Source: Tubiluchus corallicola (taxonomy: Eukaryota; Animalia; Priapulida). From it: DNA of 64,000 nt. Below the pieces are notes generated by a model. The model was not told the origin of the DNA and did not search any database. It worked only from the letters and a program-made list of their open reading frames with translations. This document shows positions 12,021 to 28,000 of the stretch, one piece after another. Position 1 is the stretch's first letter. Each line of letters opens with the position of its first letter. The position numbers were made by a program, and so were the translations under genes. The DNA lies in assembly GCA_030141605.1 (NCBI GenBank), contig JAQGDQ010000050.1, forward strand, positions 197,971 to 261,970, given 5' to 3'.

Positions 12021-15000
12021 ATCTAGTCTATTTTACAAGCCCAGTGAACGTTAAAAGTCCTTGACTGTGTTTGATATTATATGCTTTAATTAACTGGGGT
12101 AACGAAAAAATTGTTGCGATTTATTAATTGTTTTGTGCATGTATCGATTAGGCCTATACAAAAACGCAAACAAAATTACTTCTTAACAGAAAATTCTTAA
12201 TAGTCACACTTATGTCCGATACGTCGACATCTGCAAAACCTGTTGTTGCTGCTATTCTTTGTCGTTTAACATTCGGGCATCATGTAACGTGCAGGCATTA
12301 GCTCACAAAAGTTACAGCAATTAATACTTTTAGTGTACATTTTATATCATAGCCTCTTGTTTATTTGTTATTGTAAACTTACGGATATTATTACTTTTCA
12401 TTTAAACAATGGTAAGTATACATAGGATAGAGTTTGTTTCAATAGAAAATAAAATAATCTTGGTAATAACAGAAATTTATCTAAAAATTCGTTGAATGAA
12501 CTTTATTCATATGAAATTTACATTTATAAATTAATTTTGAAATATCTTAGAGCTTCATTAAGTAAAATGATATAAATATAAAAATATTAATAACATTGTC
12601 ATGTTGTAGTGTGTAATTGAAACAATATTAGATATTTATTGTTAATATAAGGTGCTACATGTTTTGTATGTTAACAAAACAAACCACAGTGAAATAGCAT
12701 TACAACATAAATTGTACCTAAACAAATTATCATTTATATGTCATGTTTAGTATTATAGTCAATTAGGCAGATTCATCTATATAGGTAAGCTTAACAAACA
12801 AGTTTAAAAACAAAGGTAACTTAGAAGATTTCAAAACTGTGTGATCATTGCATACTTGAACAACATAGGTTATAATCTGTGGAATGCATGATAAAAAGCT
12901 CTTCAATGAAGACTCAACAATAACATCATGGTAAGCAGGTAAATAAACGCAAGCTACCAAAAATTATTTTATATACATGTACTAAATTAACCTAAATATT
13001 GTGCCATCACACTGCCACTACTATGATTACTAGAAATAAGTTGTACTATTTTTATTAGAATGTAATGTAAAGTGAAGCATAATAAAAAATGAGAAAACAC
13101 ACAAAAATGAACAACTTATTAATTTTTTGTATCATCATTAACTTAAATACTTTGCTGCCAGACTTCTGCTGTTCCACTGTTATTAGAAACAGGTAATAGT
13201 GGCATTTTTAATACATGGATTGTAAAAGTAAAGTAGCTAATGTAAATTATAAAAAATTGAAACCGTACAAATGAACGATTAGTCAATTATTATTATTATT
13301 ATTTAATTCGTAAACAAACCAATCATCAGTACCATAAAATAGAGTTAGTAGATTAGGATTAGTTAAGACAAAACTCAAGGTTTATGAACCTCCCCCCCCC
13401 TCCCAGTTTTGCCTCAAGTAATACTGCTGGTTCAAGTAAAACCATTATTACGGTACTTAGAACTACAGAGTGAGATTCTAAGCATAATTATTATTAATAA
13501 AAGGTCAAGCTTTTGGTCACAAAGGATACAGCAGAAATTTCAAAAACTTTATAAGAAATATTCATTTACAAGTGGCCAAGGTAAAATGCAGTCTTTACAA
13601 GTTAATTACTTGCATGGCATTTACAACTGCATATTACAGGAATTATAAGCGAACCTCAATCTTTTTCTTTCCTAATACGTATATATTGCACGTGCAGTGA
13701 CTTGCATAATCATGTAGCCAATGCAAGAACCTAAAGAAACCAATTTCCACCTCTTACATGTGCACTGCATTGTGACTAAAACGTTTGACTTTTTCCAGTT
13801 TAGACTTACTTTTAAAATTTAGTATCTCTCACAGATATAGTGTAGTTGTCATATGCCAGATAGGCAGCAAACATACACTGAGCACACCCAACATATGCAG
13901 TTAAAACTAAAAGGCATGTGAGTTCAGCAAATGTCAGGGCTTTGCAACATACTGAACTTTATCCGTGAAAGCAGAATGTTGTAACAAAAAGCCAACATAC
14001 CATTAAAAAGTGAGAAGTTGCAGAAATTAAAAAATCAATATAGCACTGAAAACTATGATAGACTTTTTCATAATGTGCAGTTTGAGCTTTATACATGTAT
14101 GTACAAATCAGTAATACACTACGACTAATGTAAATAACTAAACCGCCTTAATGTCTAAACATGCAAACTGTTACCTGCTGACTAAAATTACAAACTATCA
14201 AAATAGAATATCTCATAAAATATTGTTCTCGTATATAAATTCATTATTATTTATACTGTACACCTCATTAAAATACACATTGAGCTATAATCACAGAAGA
14301 CTGTCACTACTTAACTGTTTCTTTATACTTACACAAGAAATGCTAGCAGCTAAATAGTATCACATGATTAAATAGTGAATTCAAACCACAAAATTGCTGA
14401 TCAAACGTTCTGATTATCAGCAGTCAATATCCAACATTTAAATTTCAGTTAACATGGCTTCCAGATGCAAATCCAAATTAAACTGTTAAATGCCACTTTC
14501 ATCTTTCTAATTCAGGTCAATGCTGCAAGAGTATCTCGACAGCATAAAGCATGCATAATATGTAAATGCAGATAAAAGGGTAAAAGTACAATATTATGGG
14601 TTTTACATGAAAACCATTGTACATAAATACGTATACAAGCCCTATTGTATGAAAATATGTAACATCTAATTAGTAACAATCCTTGTAAAGTGACTTCGGA
14701 ACAGGCTGGCCCCATTGAGGCAGGTGTTAAATAGGTTAGTGTCACGCTGCGTTAGGCAACCGGAACATTTATTAGGGTACATTCATGCTGGCAGGCCGGC
14801 TGAGAGAAATTGGCATTGAGAAAAGGTCGCAACCGTGCAAGATGTGACAAAAGTGCTGGAAATGAGCAAACCAAAATATTTTGCATTATTGTCTACTGCC
14901 TGCGCACCTCATGGTCACCCCCGGTACATAATGCAATAGCTCAGCAGTGTTCAGCACTCGTCACTGAAAGAGTTAGCTAGCAGTAGATAAATGTTGCTTT

Positions 15001-16096
15001 TGTTATTAGTTTATTGTTCAGAAGCCGGATTCAATCTGCACGGTTTTCATATAAAAGTCATACATGAATATTCGCTTAACTGATAAACTTGATTAAAGTA
15101 CACAGCATAAAGATTTTTATAATCTCCATTTGTTAATGGATTTACATGTTTAAAGAACCAAGACTCTTCAACAAATTTCAAGCAGTTAAGTTACCATTAT
15201 TTAAACATTATTTACAACTATGTAAAGATAATTAAAGGTAATCTTGCATGCTCCTCTAAGAATGGTTGGATAGTTTTGGCATAGTAACAACTAGTTTCGC
15301 CTTTTCACTTTCTAAAGGTGGAACTAAATCAACTAAGACAAGATTTTATACAAGTTACATCACCATCACTACTGGTTCATAATATGAATCTACAAAGCAA
15401 GATAACAGTTCAGACAAAATTCTAATTATATATCACACCAGGGATTGTGGTTCAAATTCAAATCAAGAAATGTTTTAAATTTTTCCTGTCAGGCCTTTAT
15501 ATTTTACCCTATTTTACACCTTGTTTTTGTTTTTTAAAATCCATTTTTGTTTAAAACCATTAATTGAAAACAATGAATATGTAAAGATGTTTCCACAATT
15601 AGTTTAGTCAAGTTGTCTCCCTTGCAATGTTCAAATGTTTATTCAATTCACGCCCCACTTAATGTGAGTTCAATTTAATTAACTGGTTCTCAAATATAGA
15701 ACAAATCTATGTTGATATGAATTTTCAAAAAAAATTCTTGTTATTGTGCGTTCCACATAAATTATCTAAGACTGCAATTTTTGGACTATTTTTTAATTTG
15801 TGTTACCCAAATGCAATTCATTGAACTAATGACAACAATCTGTGTTGTCTAAAAACACACAAATAAAAACAAAATAAGTTAAATGTCTTAATAAAAAATC
15901 CTTGTTTGATACAAGGATTTATACTAGTAGTGCTGCCTTTACAAAAGGTGTGAAACACTTATCAATTGCACGATAAAATACAATGAAAATATGTTAAATT
16001 ACAGGCCATTATGTATCCAAAATGTCAATTTATATACAACATTTGTCAACTTGCTGTCCATGAGCAAGATACAATTTTAATTTGTACCATCATTTG

Positions 16097-19000
16097 TCAG
16101 CTAGCATGTACAGTATTAGTATTGCTACTGCTAACATTATACGCCTCTGAGGAATAAACCACATCACCTACAGGTGGCCAGTTGGGATTGCTGATAAGTT
16201 CTGCTTCTATTAACTTGTATTTGTTCTTTGGACCACGCTTTTTGCAACAGAGACGGAAACACTTTTTCAGAAATTTGCTGTCAACGATGACCAACTGAAA
16301 ACAAAGAGAAACGAGTTTTCGTTTTTTCACAGAAGACAGAAAAGGGAAAAGCTAAAAATCTTTCAAAAATTAAAAGGTGCAGAGTATTTTTCTAAGGCAG
16401 AAATACTAAACCAGGTAGCAATTTGTTTGATGAAAGGATTCGAGTTACAAGAGCAAGAAATAAACTTGAAGATATATAGCCATGGGGAAACCATTGACAA
16501 ACTGCATAACACATGATAATTATTTCCTAAATGATTTGTTGAAACACCAAAATAAATAAGCAACTAGGTCATCAAAGGAGGGTAAACAAACATTACAATT
16601 CAATATTTGATTGCAAATAGGTAATATTACTCAACAGACAATTCAGCTATGCAGGACAACGTGCAGGGTTAGTTGGTTACTTTAGCACATTCATTTTTGC
16701 CATTATTTAACTGCAAAGAACTTTGTGTAAAGCAAACTTATATACTACTTATGCATATAATATGTTGCAGTACACGAATGTTGTGCTTATGACAAGATAA
16801 TCTTACTTATGTAGAGTAAGCCAAGTAAGCAGAGTGATGTAAGCCATACAAACCTCAATCACAGCTGAAATAATGAAATTTGCAATGACAAATCCTAGCA
16901 ACGTGAGTGGGAATATCCAAGCTGATGGTGGCAAATCACAAAGCTAAAAGAAATCAATTCCATTAGTTAATATACATCAAAAAACTCTACTGTCACAAAG
17001 TTTGAAGAAATAGAAAGTAAAAGCAAATAAATCCATTTTCATTAGAAAAGTCAAATTACATGAAAGTTCTGGGCATTAACGAAAATAAACAGCATTAACA
17101 CGTTTTTGACAGAGCTTAAAATCAGTTAATGATTTGGTTCAAAGCCAGTTTTCTGACGTATGAATGGTTTTGACCAACATCTGCCTACTGGTCATGAATG
17201 TTTTCCAATTTTTGCAAATATAGGTACATTGCAAATTGTGTGTACACGACGGCTTTTTAAGTACATCCAATACAAATGAATAAACTCTACAAGTTCAACA
17301 AGTTCCTAAAATTAAGAATGCACATTATATTACGTGAAAATCATGTTTCTAACAAAACAAACTTCCAAATCATTTATTCCAAAGAAAAGTCTAATCCTAA
17401 TGATGAAACATTTATAATTGTGCTTTAAATAATACTAAGACCATGATGGCAAAGTATTATTTAAAGCATTATTGAAATTCTGTACCACCAAGAACCTGAT
17501 TTATAATTGCTATTGTTGCTAGTAACTATGCAAGTGAACTCAAACTGAGTTGCAGCGATTACACAATATCACTCTGATTTTTGTTACATGCAAAAAGCAG
17601 GATTTTTACCTCCATAAAGTCCGTGATAAATTTCGGCGATCGCAGAAGCAGCATTAGACTATAAGATCCCAATACTATCAGCGTGATGAGCAGGAAATCT
17701 AAAGTATCGAATAAAGCTGTTTTACCGCCTTGATTCATCAAAAGATAACTGAGCAATATGACAAAGTATTAGCGACTGTGAAATCGAAAAATTTTCTGGC
17801 TTCATAATTTATAATGTAGCTTCTGATGCCAGTAACATTTAGTTTTAAAAACACTCCTAAACTTAATTGACTAGATTAATATTTGAAGAACAGCAACTCA
17901 AAGAAAAACAAGAATGGCCTATACTCCATAACAAGAAGAAGTAAAAGAAACTTTGTAAGTGGGTGGATATAATCTGACTCCTCTCATCATTTGCAGTTGT
18001 AGTTGTGTTTGCCTTACTGATTTATTTATATTTATTACATTCTTAGCTCATGTGAATCTAACTTTTACTTTTTTATTTTTTTCCACTTTCATATTACATT
18101 TTCATATCCTTTCACTTTTCATACTCCCTTTCTTCCCATTAACCACCTTTTATTCTTACACGTACGTTTTTCTTTCTATTTCCCATATTGGGCCTGACCT
18201 TTACAAGTTTTTTTTTTGGACAGCCTTAATAATCCATTAATCAACTTTATTACATGCTTGTTTCTTTTAATTTGCTATTTTGTATTTTCACCATATTTAT
18301 GTATTATTTTGTCATGGCAAATGGAATAAAAATAAACTAAACTAAGAAACTTGTAACAATCCACAAACCTAAAGTAGGAAGATACGAAAAGGACTTTCCA
18401 AGGTGTTATAAATGCCAGAGTATAAATGCAGGCTCAGCAAATTCAATGTGACAAGATACAAGCTAAGAGAATTTGTTTATCTTCTTCCAGCTTAGGGAAT
18501 GATGTGAAATTTTCTATCATGTGAGGATAAATCATCAAGACATTTACAGATTTTTAAGAAAAGAATTCCTTTAGAAAAAAGATGAGCATATTTGCAAACT
18601 TTCGATTTATTTGACTGCTTTCTTCATAAGCAATATGAATAAGAGTAAGCAATCAGTAGAGCGTCAAAATGTTCTAAGCAGGAAATATTATTAATTACTG
18701 ATTTATAACATGTCCTACTGCAGCCCAGCAGTAAGCTAGGTACCTTTTACCATTATTTACAACATGAGTTTGTTCCCTATTGTTAGGTATCAAAAACTCT
18801 GACATGGTACTTACAATTAGTGTAAAAGGGCATGCGAAACGGTGGACCTTTGGAAAACAATGCAGCCAAAAACAAATACTGAAAGCTGGACACTTTAAAG
18901 ATAACTGTGCTTTCTCGTGTAACAGGCGTGTACTCTCCCGGTGGGTTAGGTTTTAAATCTACCCTGCAAGCATAACAAATATCAATAATACTTGACCTCA

Positions 19001-22000
19001 ATGTAGCAATGTGCTTTTTCGTAAATCCGATACTATTTATTTAACTACCGATAAACCACAGCATTTGTACTGCAATACTGGTTTATTTCATGATAGTTGT
19101 AGCAAGATTCCATACTTAATTTTTAGTACAAAGTCTAAATAATTAAGGCTTGCACACAGTTTTGAGTGGAAAGCATATTAGTGAAACAGCTTTTGGAAAG
19201 ATGTAGTGAGACAATTGGAAATGTTTGATTTTACCACAAAAATTACTTTTTCAGAGTAAGTAAAGGTAAATTAAATGGTACACAACTTACCCTGGTTGAT
19301 TAATTAAGTATAGCCAGACACCTATTTGAGTAAGCAGCTGAATCAGAATCTGTGAGATGACTGAGAATATTGTTGGTATGCCTACAAGGCTTCCATAAGG
19401 TCGTTTCCTGACCAACTTGTGATAAGGTTTCGTATAACCCACTGCATAAAAAATAGATTTCAGTCATATGTTATATAAGGAATTAAAGACAATGGCATAT
19501 TTTTAGCAACATGCTGCTTGTGGCTAGCATAGTTGATATAGGTGTGTGACATAATCGAAAAAAACTAGTGCCAAACAATTTCTCATTCTGAAAATTTCTT
19601 AATTTCAGCTTTTATGTATTAATAAAACAACAGAGTAAAATGAATAACTCATATACATGAATCGTCGTACATATAACAAGGAGATTATGCTAGCTGTTCA
19701 AATGTGTAATGACAAGAAACTGAGAGTCATCTCTAGCACTACGACAGTAACAATGTGTACCAACACTAATGTTACAGTGAGAGCAATACCCGGTACCATC
19801 AGCTCTAGCACAATGGGAACCAGGTAGAGTTAACATTAATGCTACAGTGGCAGGTGGTGCCCACTCTAACTCTTTCCTGTCAGGTGCCATTGATCGAATA
19901 TACAGGTGCCTCAGAAGTTACCACACACATGACATTTTGTACAAGTTTTGATATTTAACAACCAAAGCAGCGCATTTGAAAATAGGCACGGATGAATTAA
20001 TACTTGGCAATTTTTTAAGCGAAATTAAACAAAAATCTCAAAAAACTGCTGTACTCATAAGGCTTCCCTGTTTCCGCCACCTTATTTGAAGCCCTTCTGC
20101 TAATCACACATATTTCTGACATCAGCAAGCATTTCAAATTAAATATTTGCATAACAACCCCTAATTGTTATTTTGGTTGCAAGTAATTTTTGCCTGATAT
20201 AATTTTGTAAAAAATTGCAGGGTGTCAACTCGCAAGCTTCAGACAAAAGAAAATTAGAGGCCTATTCAGTGAAAGGTCTAGTGGTATCTCGCATTGAGGA
20301 AGTACCTAACAGCTAATGTGTGGTGAAGAATGAATGACTAACACATGCATTTCCGACATCAGCAAACATTTCCATTTAAAAATTTGCATAACAATCTCTA
20401 ATTGTTATTTCAGGTTCATGAAGGTGTTTTGGTTTTATTAGCATAAATTTTTGCCTGGCATAACCTTGTAAAAAATTGCAGGGTGCCAAACCTGTTAAGC
20501 TACAAACTTCTAGTCAAAAGTGCCACAGAGGCTAATTTAATGGAAGGTCTGGTATTTTGCATTGAGAAAGTCCCTAACAGCTCGTGTGTAGTGAGGAAGG
20601 ATTGTTCCTTGTTGAAAAGGTACATTGTTATTAGTGAGATAACAGTGTAATCCACAAGATGGTCTTCAGAAGAAACTTCTTAACTTCAGAAGGACCTCTT
20701 GTCAGGCTAAAATTTTCCACCTCCTCTTTTCTAAAGTTCTTCTCATCACCATAGCAATGGATACCAGTTAAATATCAGTAAATAGAATTTCCAAACACAA
20801 TTTAGATGTATGTAAGAGCTTGCAAAGAATAAAAAAAATATAAACTATAATTCAAACTATAATATTTAATTGTTACTCACTGACAACGGCTATAGTAGTT
20901 GTTATCACCAAGTCTATATATAGAAACATCATGTCACTGAAGTTTGTGTTGTACTAGATAAGAAAAAAAATTTCTGCACATCTTCGACACTTATTGCTAT
21001 TTACCTTAATGTTAAGTAACAAGTTCTATTCCCATCGGCAATAGTTATTAGTTTTGAACTTTATAATGAAAAAGTTGAATTAAAGCCAGATCATGTCTAG
21101 TTTACCTTAATTTCTAATATCTAATTTCATATGACCAAGTGCAAAATTTTGTCTTTGTGACCAATAAGTGTGCAAGAACTTGAATGAAGACTTGTGTATA
21201 TGATTTTAACTTTGCAGTGAAGTGCTTTTAGCAGATTTTAGGTTGTAATCAGTTATTTTTCTGCATCCATTAACTAGTTACCAAAAGTACATAATGTATC
21301 AGTTGTTGTCATGATGTTACAGAAGTGTCAGTTGAAAATGATATGTTACTAATTTTGTTATTATATATTGCAGTATCCTTTTGATTAGCGATCCAAGGAA
21401 AAAAACTGATTGCAATTGTAACTAATAACCTGGAACTGGGGAAATCTGGTATGCGCGACTACACAGAACATTGATTCAAGTTCATGCTAGTTAGTGATTA
21501 CTCTTTCTTGCCAAAGTGAACTTAGTTAACAAACAAACCATGTTAGTTATTAATTACTTTCTGCAAAAAAGTAAATCATAGTTAAAGCAACCTAAGAAAA
21601 TTATACTCACATGATATAGAATAAGAACAGAAATGAACTGGATGAAGCTGTATAATGCCATGTATTTGAAGATGCCAAAAGAAGTGACAAGGGCACACCG
21701 TCCTTCTCTGCAAAAAAAATCAATATTCATTTTCTCATTTCATTGAATATGTACAATTAGGTATTATTGTGAGAGGTCTAGTACCAACTCTCTGGTCATT
21801 CCTTATCAATAAAATTTAACCAAATTTATGCAAAACTGTTGCATGCAAATTACGTTTTACCTTACTACTCAGTTACACTTAGTTGGCCACACAATCAGTA
21901 ATATCAAATTGTAATTGTATTTCATTTAATTTTAATGTAGACTGAAAAAGCAGAAAGGCAGAATGTCTTTAATAAAAGTTTTAGTTAACCATTGCCTTGT

Positions 22001-25000
22001 CAATTTTGACATTGACAACTGACATCAACATCGTAGTCAATGCCAAGTCAAATTGCAACTTATTTTCGCTTATCTGTATTAGACAGTAGTACAGTGACAG
22101 TTCTGAGTATCACTCTTATGCAGTTAACACCCCTGCTTGTACCTCATGATCCTACTCATTTGTTTACACAGTTGTTATTATAACATGCGGAGCAGATTAA
22201 CCGATGTGTTTTTCTCCAAAAATGTTGCTCGACAAATTTATATTAAGTAGTATAAAGAAAAGCATTGTGTTTACTCTTTTTAGGGCACAGTCTTATTTTT
22301 TTCAATCAAACTAATTATGTGGCCCTTATTTAAAGAAGTGCTTATTCAAGCACGGATGCTCTTTACCTTTTGTCCTTATGTATAACAGATATTTCCCCTG
22401 CAGTACAGCATAATCCCATGCATGTTAAACAAATTCGGCACTATGTCATTCTTATACAGTGTTTTCTGGGGATCGTGTTTCAGCTAGAAATAACATATTG
22501 CAGCAGCTTGTTGATGACTCATCTGACCAACTTCGATAATAAGCTCATGTAGCAGATAGACGGCAATTAATAAACCAATGTTCCATAAACATGAGGCTTG
22601 CATGTTAATTTGACTACAGAATGAGTAAACTTTACCGTAAAGTTTCACACGTGAGCTGAGATTGAGGAGGATTTTGCAATACACCGACCTACACTTGGGC
22701 AGTTATTCAATCACAGGCTTATTATCAATTTTTATTCTGTTTCCTTGGGCACTTACTCAAATGCACCATTAAGTGAGCATGGACACTAAAACAAGTAAAT
22801 ATGGTAAGTTGAAAAAAGACAGAGGAAACAGTACCTGATGACAGTAGGAACACAAGTGATGTTTGAGATTTTAGATGTAAATGGACTAGCAACTGAAGCC
22901 TCAGCCTCAGAAAGTGAGATACCAGTGTGTGCAGTTTTCAGAGCTCCACAGTCATTAGCCCCATCACCACACATACCAACTATGTACCTGTAGTATTGAA
23001 AAATACACTTGTCACTATCAGAATACAAACAACAACATGTCATTTTAAAACAAAAAATATCGCTATATTGTTGTTTAAAACATGTTGTTTAAAAATTGTT
23101 AGATAAATAGATTGTTTGTTAGATAAATAGATAGATTGTTAAAAATAATTTTAAGACATATTCACAATAAAGCTTACAACAAATAATATAGGGTGTCTCA
23201 AAAGAAAGTGTTGAGTGTTAAGTCATTTATTAAGAAATTATACTATAATAATTGCTGCAAGTGTGCACTACTAACTTGCAGACTTAAATGGGAATAAAAA
23301 TAATGTAATATTTGCATATCTCCAGACTCCACTTTTCAAAAGGTATAACTAGGATCTTGTACATTCCAATATATGCATATTTCTACAGCACTGTTTCTTC
23401 TGAAACACCCTGTAGTTACCCCATGTCTTGTAGTTCTTCTACAACTTGTACTTTCTGTTCAGGAGACATCCGGGCAAACACAGTGCACTTCATAATAATC
23501 TGTCGAAACAGCAACAAAAAAAGTAACTTCGAAATTACATAATCAGACTAATCAAAAAACTATATGTAAAATAAAAAATATCTACAAACAATACAAGTAA
23601 CTCACATCTGGAACAAGGTTGGGAAATTCATTTCTAATAACGTTCCATGACTTTCCACTGACGGCTAAGTGATAAGGAGCCAAAACATCTTCATCTATCT
23701 GCACAGTTTGATAAGACTGCATAAAATAAGTTAAAAATGTATTAGTTCTATATGTATTCAGTGAGCTATGAAACGTGTGTCACATAATTAGCAAAAATAA
23801 CATCAAAGACAAAACCAAAGCCAGAAGAAATCACAATTAAGACAGTACAACATAAGTTGTGTCCACCCTGATCTTGAATCTAAATGATTTGCTTTAAATT
23901 ACAAATGTTTCTTGAATGTGTCCACCACCCGTCTTCAAATTAGCTAAAGTCAAAACACCTGTTGTCAACAGTGTGAGGCATTGTTTACCAATGGAGAATG
24001 CTTTAAAAACTAATATTTATTTTGGCTTATTTAACCAGTTGTATACGTAAAACAAATGACAAAGTAATATGTTACAATTGCTTACTCACACTAGTTAATT
24101 TTGTGGTAGAGGAGCAAAGAAAAGTCTCAGCAGATTTTGGAGTTTCGCTCTCGCTGTCTGATAGCTCACTAGTGGGAGTCATAGCATATTCCCATGTAAT
24201 CTTAGCTGGCTTATCATTATCATCATCCGTTGCCGAGGCGATAATAACTCTGTCTTGCATCTCAACCATGCCACAATCTCTGGCGACAGAGATGGCAGTG
24301 TGCATATTGTCACCTAGTAAATTTGATAATGTATAATTGACATGTAATCAACCAAAGATGCTCTAAAGCTGTCAAAAAATGAATGACTCGTGGCAGCTAA
24401 ATACATTTTCTGCATTGAAACAGCAAACTTAGAAAATGATAGATAACTTAATCTAATAATTGACAAGATAACAAAGTAAACACAGAACAACAACTCAAAC
24501 ATAAATCAGTACCGGTGATCATGATTGTTCTAATGTTAGAATTTCTGAGCTCTGATATCACAGGGGTTGTTTCAGGTTTCAGAGTATTCTGCATTACAAT
24601 TAAACCCAAGAATGTTAGCGCCCGTTCAATATGGTCTCTGAAAATAGTAAACAGCATCATAAAATAAATTTCCATAATTTTAACTAGAAAATAAGCTAAT
24701 CAAACATTTCTGAATATATAAAAAGCTCTTGTATTTTTGAGACATACTTTAAAACTCTATGCATTACTAATCATTCAAATAGACAGCCTACTATCAGAGG
24801 CCTGTTCTCTTGCATCAATTATGCTGACTTTAACACTTTTTGCCTCTTCAGGGGAAGAAGTGAAAACATTCACCCCTCTTCATCCTCTACAGGGGCATCC
24901 GTTATGCTCCTAGTGAGTATAATAAAATCTTGTAGGCATGCTGCGCTTAGCCTGGTACAGCAATTAAAGAAAATGTGTGTTTTTTTCAAGCTGTCACACA

Positions 25001-28000
25001 CATACAAGTTCATTTATAAACTGCAAGGCTTACAGTAAATTTTAGTTTATAAAAAAATAATTTTGACATCACCATGCCATTAAATGGTTATTATATGCAC
25101 ATGCCATTCTTAAGTAAAACAGAATACACGAGAAAGCTGCAAGGCATACCGTTTAACTCGCTGGGCTTGATGCCACTGCATTTTGTCTAGTTTACGGTGA
25201 CCCATTGCTATAACTCGAAAACCCTGAATAGTATATTGTTCCAGTGTTTCATGAAAATCGTCTGGCACTGAATAATAATAACATCAAAATCATGAAGAGG
25301 AAAAACCTTTTCTAATAGATAAAAAAATCCAAGTTAAGCATTACCTAAGAAAATGTGAATAACAGCTGCCATACTTTTGCATGCAAAGCTTTTCTAACTG
25401 TATGCATTTCTTTCAATCATAAAAACATAAGTTGTAACATTAAAAAAGATCAATATTTCGAAACAAGAGTTTAGTGATCAAGATATTTTAATGCATAAAG
25501 AATTTGATTCACTGAGCACATTTAACATCAACTTTCTGTGGCATCATTTAATGCCTTTCGTTTTGGACCCGGATCATCTGAAACTTTTCCATTCTTCACA
25601 CCTAGAAAATGGACTGATAATATGCATGAGGTACTTGCTGAAAATGCCCTGGGAATAAAAAACCGTTACAATGCATTCACATTTGCAATTACAGAAACTG
25701 AGGGCTTTACTAAATTTTACGGCTAATGTAACACAGTAACCCGCAATAAACTTTACAAACTTACTTGTTTTCAGTAGCTTTACATAAAAAATGCTGTGCT
25801 TTACTTAAATAAGTTTTAAATAACTTAAATTTTTCAATTTTTCTGTATCACTTACCAGTTGAGTCCTCACAAAGAGAAGCAATTTTTTCTGGAGCACCTT
25901 TAACATACAAGTCCATCCTTCGTTGTCCAAGTGTACGAGTAATAACACTCATCCTTTGCAGCGTCGACGAAAACGGAAATTGGCGCACAATACCTATTTC
26001 ATACGGTACCTACAGCATTCATAAAGCATTCAAAGTCACGAAACAAATAAAACTGACCGGTGGCAAATTTAATCACTAAGTTTAGACTTTGTTTACAAAT
26101 AAACACAAATACATTTTGCTACCTGCCACTCTTGTTAAACTGTAACGTAAATAGGCTTTAGTCTTGTTTATACAAAATACTACATGACAGCAATGCAGCC
26201 TTTTACATTACAGACAAGTTCAAATTTTATGCCACCAATTATTCCAGTACACAGTGGCTAAAGATTTGTCAAAACAAGCACAAAAGAAAGGAAACTAATA
26301 CGTATTGACTATAAATTTAACACCTAAGCATTAACAAGAGAATAAATTAGCTATTTTAAAGAATTAACTACTAATATGAAATTTAGGAGTTAAACAACAA
26401 AATGAAAATCTGTAATCACTCTGACTGATACTAGATTTAAGCCAACATCCTTGCAATGTTAAACCTATCAAACTACTGATTAAGATAGATTAGAATCACT
26501 CGACCTTAAGTGGATGACTCGGCCGTTGTGATTCAATAAACATTTTAAAATTTCCCAGTTAATGTTTACTCATCATAAAGTAATTACTAGGCAAGGCACA
26601 CACTCGTAACTAATAACCAAAAACATCATTATTCTCTCTAATAATTCTTGCTAGGAACCTGAAAAAATACTAGTATTCATCAGTATAATGTCTTCAAAAT
26701 AATTGTATCTACAAAAAATCTAAGAAGTAAAAAGAACAGATTATTGTTGAACCGGAAAACTGGAAAGCTCCTAAAACTGCATGGATAAAATGTTTTGAGC
26801 CTAACAACAATAGCTTACAGACATGGGATGTAAAAAAGGAAACAAACTGGATCCAATCTTAAACTAGAGCTCAGAAATACTGAGAAATGTCCCATGAAAT
26901 ACTGAAAAAAGTATTTTTTCAAGAATGACTTACTTTGAAAGAATTATTACCATAGAAACGTACCTTCACATTCGAATGTTTCAGCAAATTTAATTTAGCG
27001 AATGTTAGACGGGCATTAGCGCCTGTGTCTCGGAATTGCGTTGCACAAAAAAACAGATGCTGCTTCTCCCAGGGCAGAGTTGTTCAGTTGTGATGTAGTG
27101 CACATTTTCGCGAGCTTATGTGTGCAGCAGTAAACTTGAAATATGAATATTAAACGTAAAATTTGCTGAGTCTTTTTTTTACATTGAATGTGGTACAGTA
27201 GCATTGTACTTCAATTTTCACTTTCGCAAACCCATGTAACACGCTCGTAGAATGTTGTGCTGTTGAAAATTATGTTCAACTATTCTAGTGATATTATATT
27301 ATCTATCACTAGATGGGCTCGCCTGCCATTAATTAGGTTTTTACCTAATATTTAACTATCAGAAACACTTTGGCATTATTATAGGTGTTAAAATGTATAC
27401 TTTTTACCATACTTCAAAATGGGGTAGGATGTGAAAAATCATCCTGTTTTCCTTTAATGCATTCCCAAAGTTGTATATGCTGAGGATGATAACAAATCTA
27501 GATACAAAACTCACTAAATAGAATAATTAATTGGACTTGACACAATTAGTGCAAAAGGGTTAATGTCGATAGAACTGTGGAGTGTAACTAACGACTTCAA
27601 AACGATCATAGTAAAAATTAGAAGTATAATAAACAACTTGATTGTCACCTCATCTGCATTTAGAGCTGCAATAAACGATTCTTTAGTTGCAGGTCTTACT
27701 GTTGTTGGAGCAATAGTCTCATATTTTGCTGTATCACTACCTGGTTCAGTTAATACCTGGAAGTGGCAAAACTGTGTGATAACGTGTAGACTAAAGAAAC
27801 AAAGAGGAAGAGAGCAAGAACAAAGAAGTCGAGCAAGAGAGCCTCAGCACCACATTTAACCAAACAAGAAGAGAAAAAGGGTGCAGAATGCAGAAACAAA
27901 AATAAACACATTAATGTGCCTGAATTATCGTTTCGTTAAATTGTCTAAAATAAAAACAACCCTTGACTTAGCTAATTTTATGTTCGAACCTGTGAGTATT

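Noticed and set aside
17699-17775. Upstream extension of ATPase exon 28 using the acceptor at 17776
   Set aside because: In the required phase it hits a stop; the acceptor at 17699 gives the conserved TNYFLL reading.
24022-24336. Plus-strand ORFs overlapping ATPase exons (also 27563-27859, 31901-32134) and the minus ORF 61601-61831 over the CYP
   Set aside because: They are antisense shadows of real exons.
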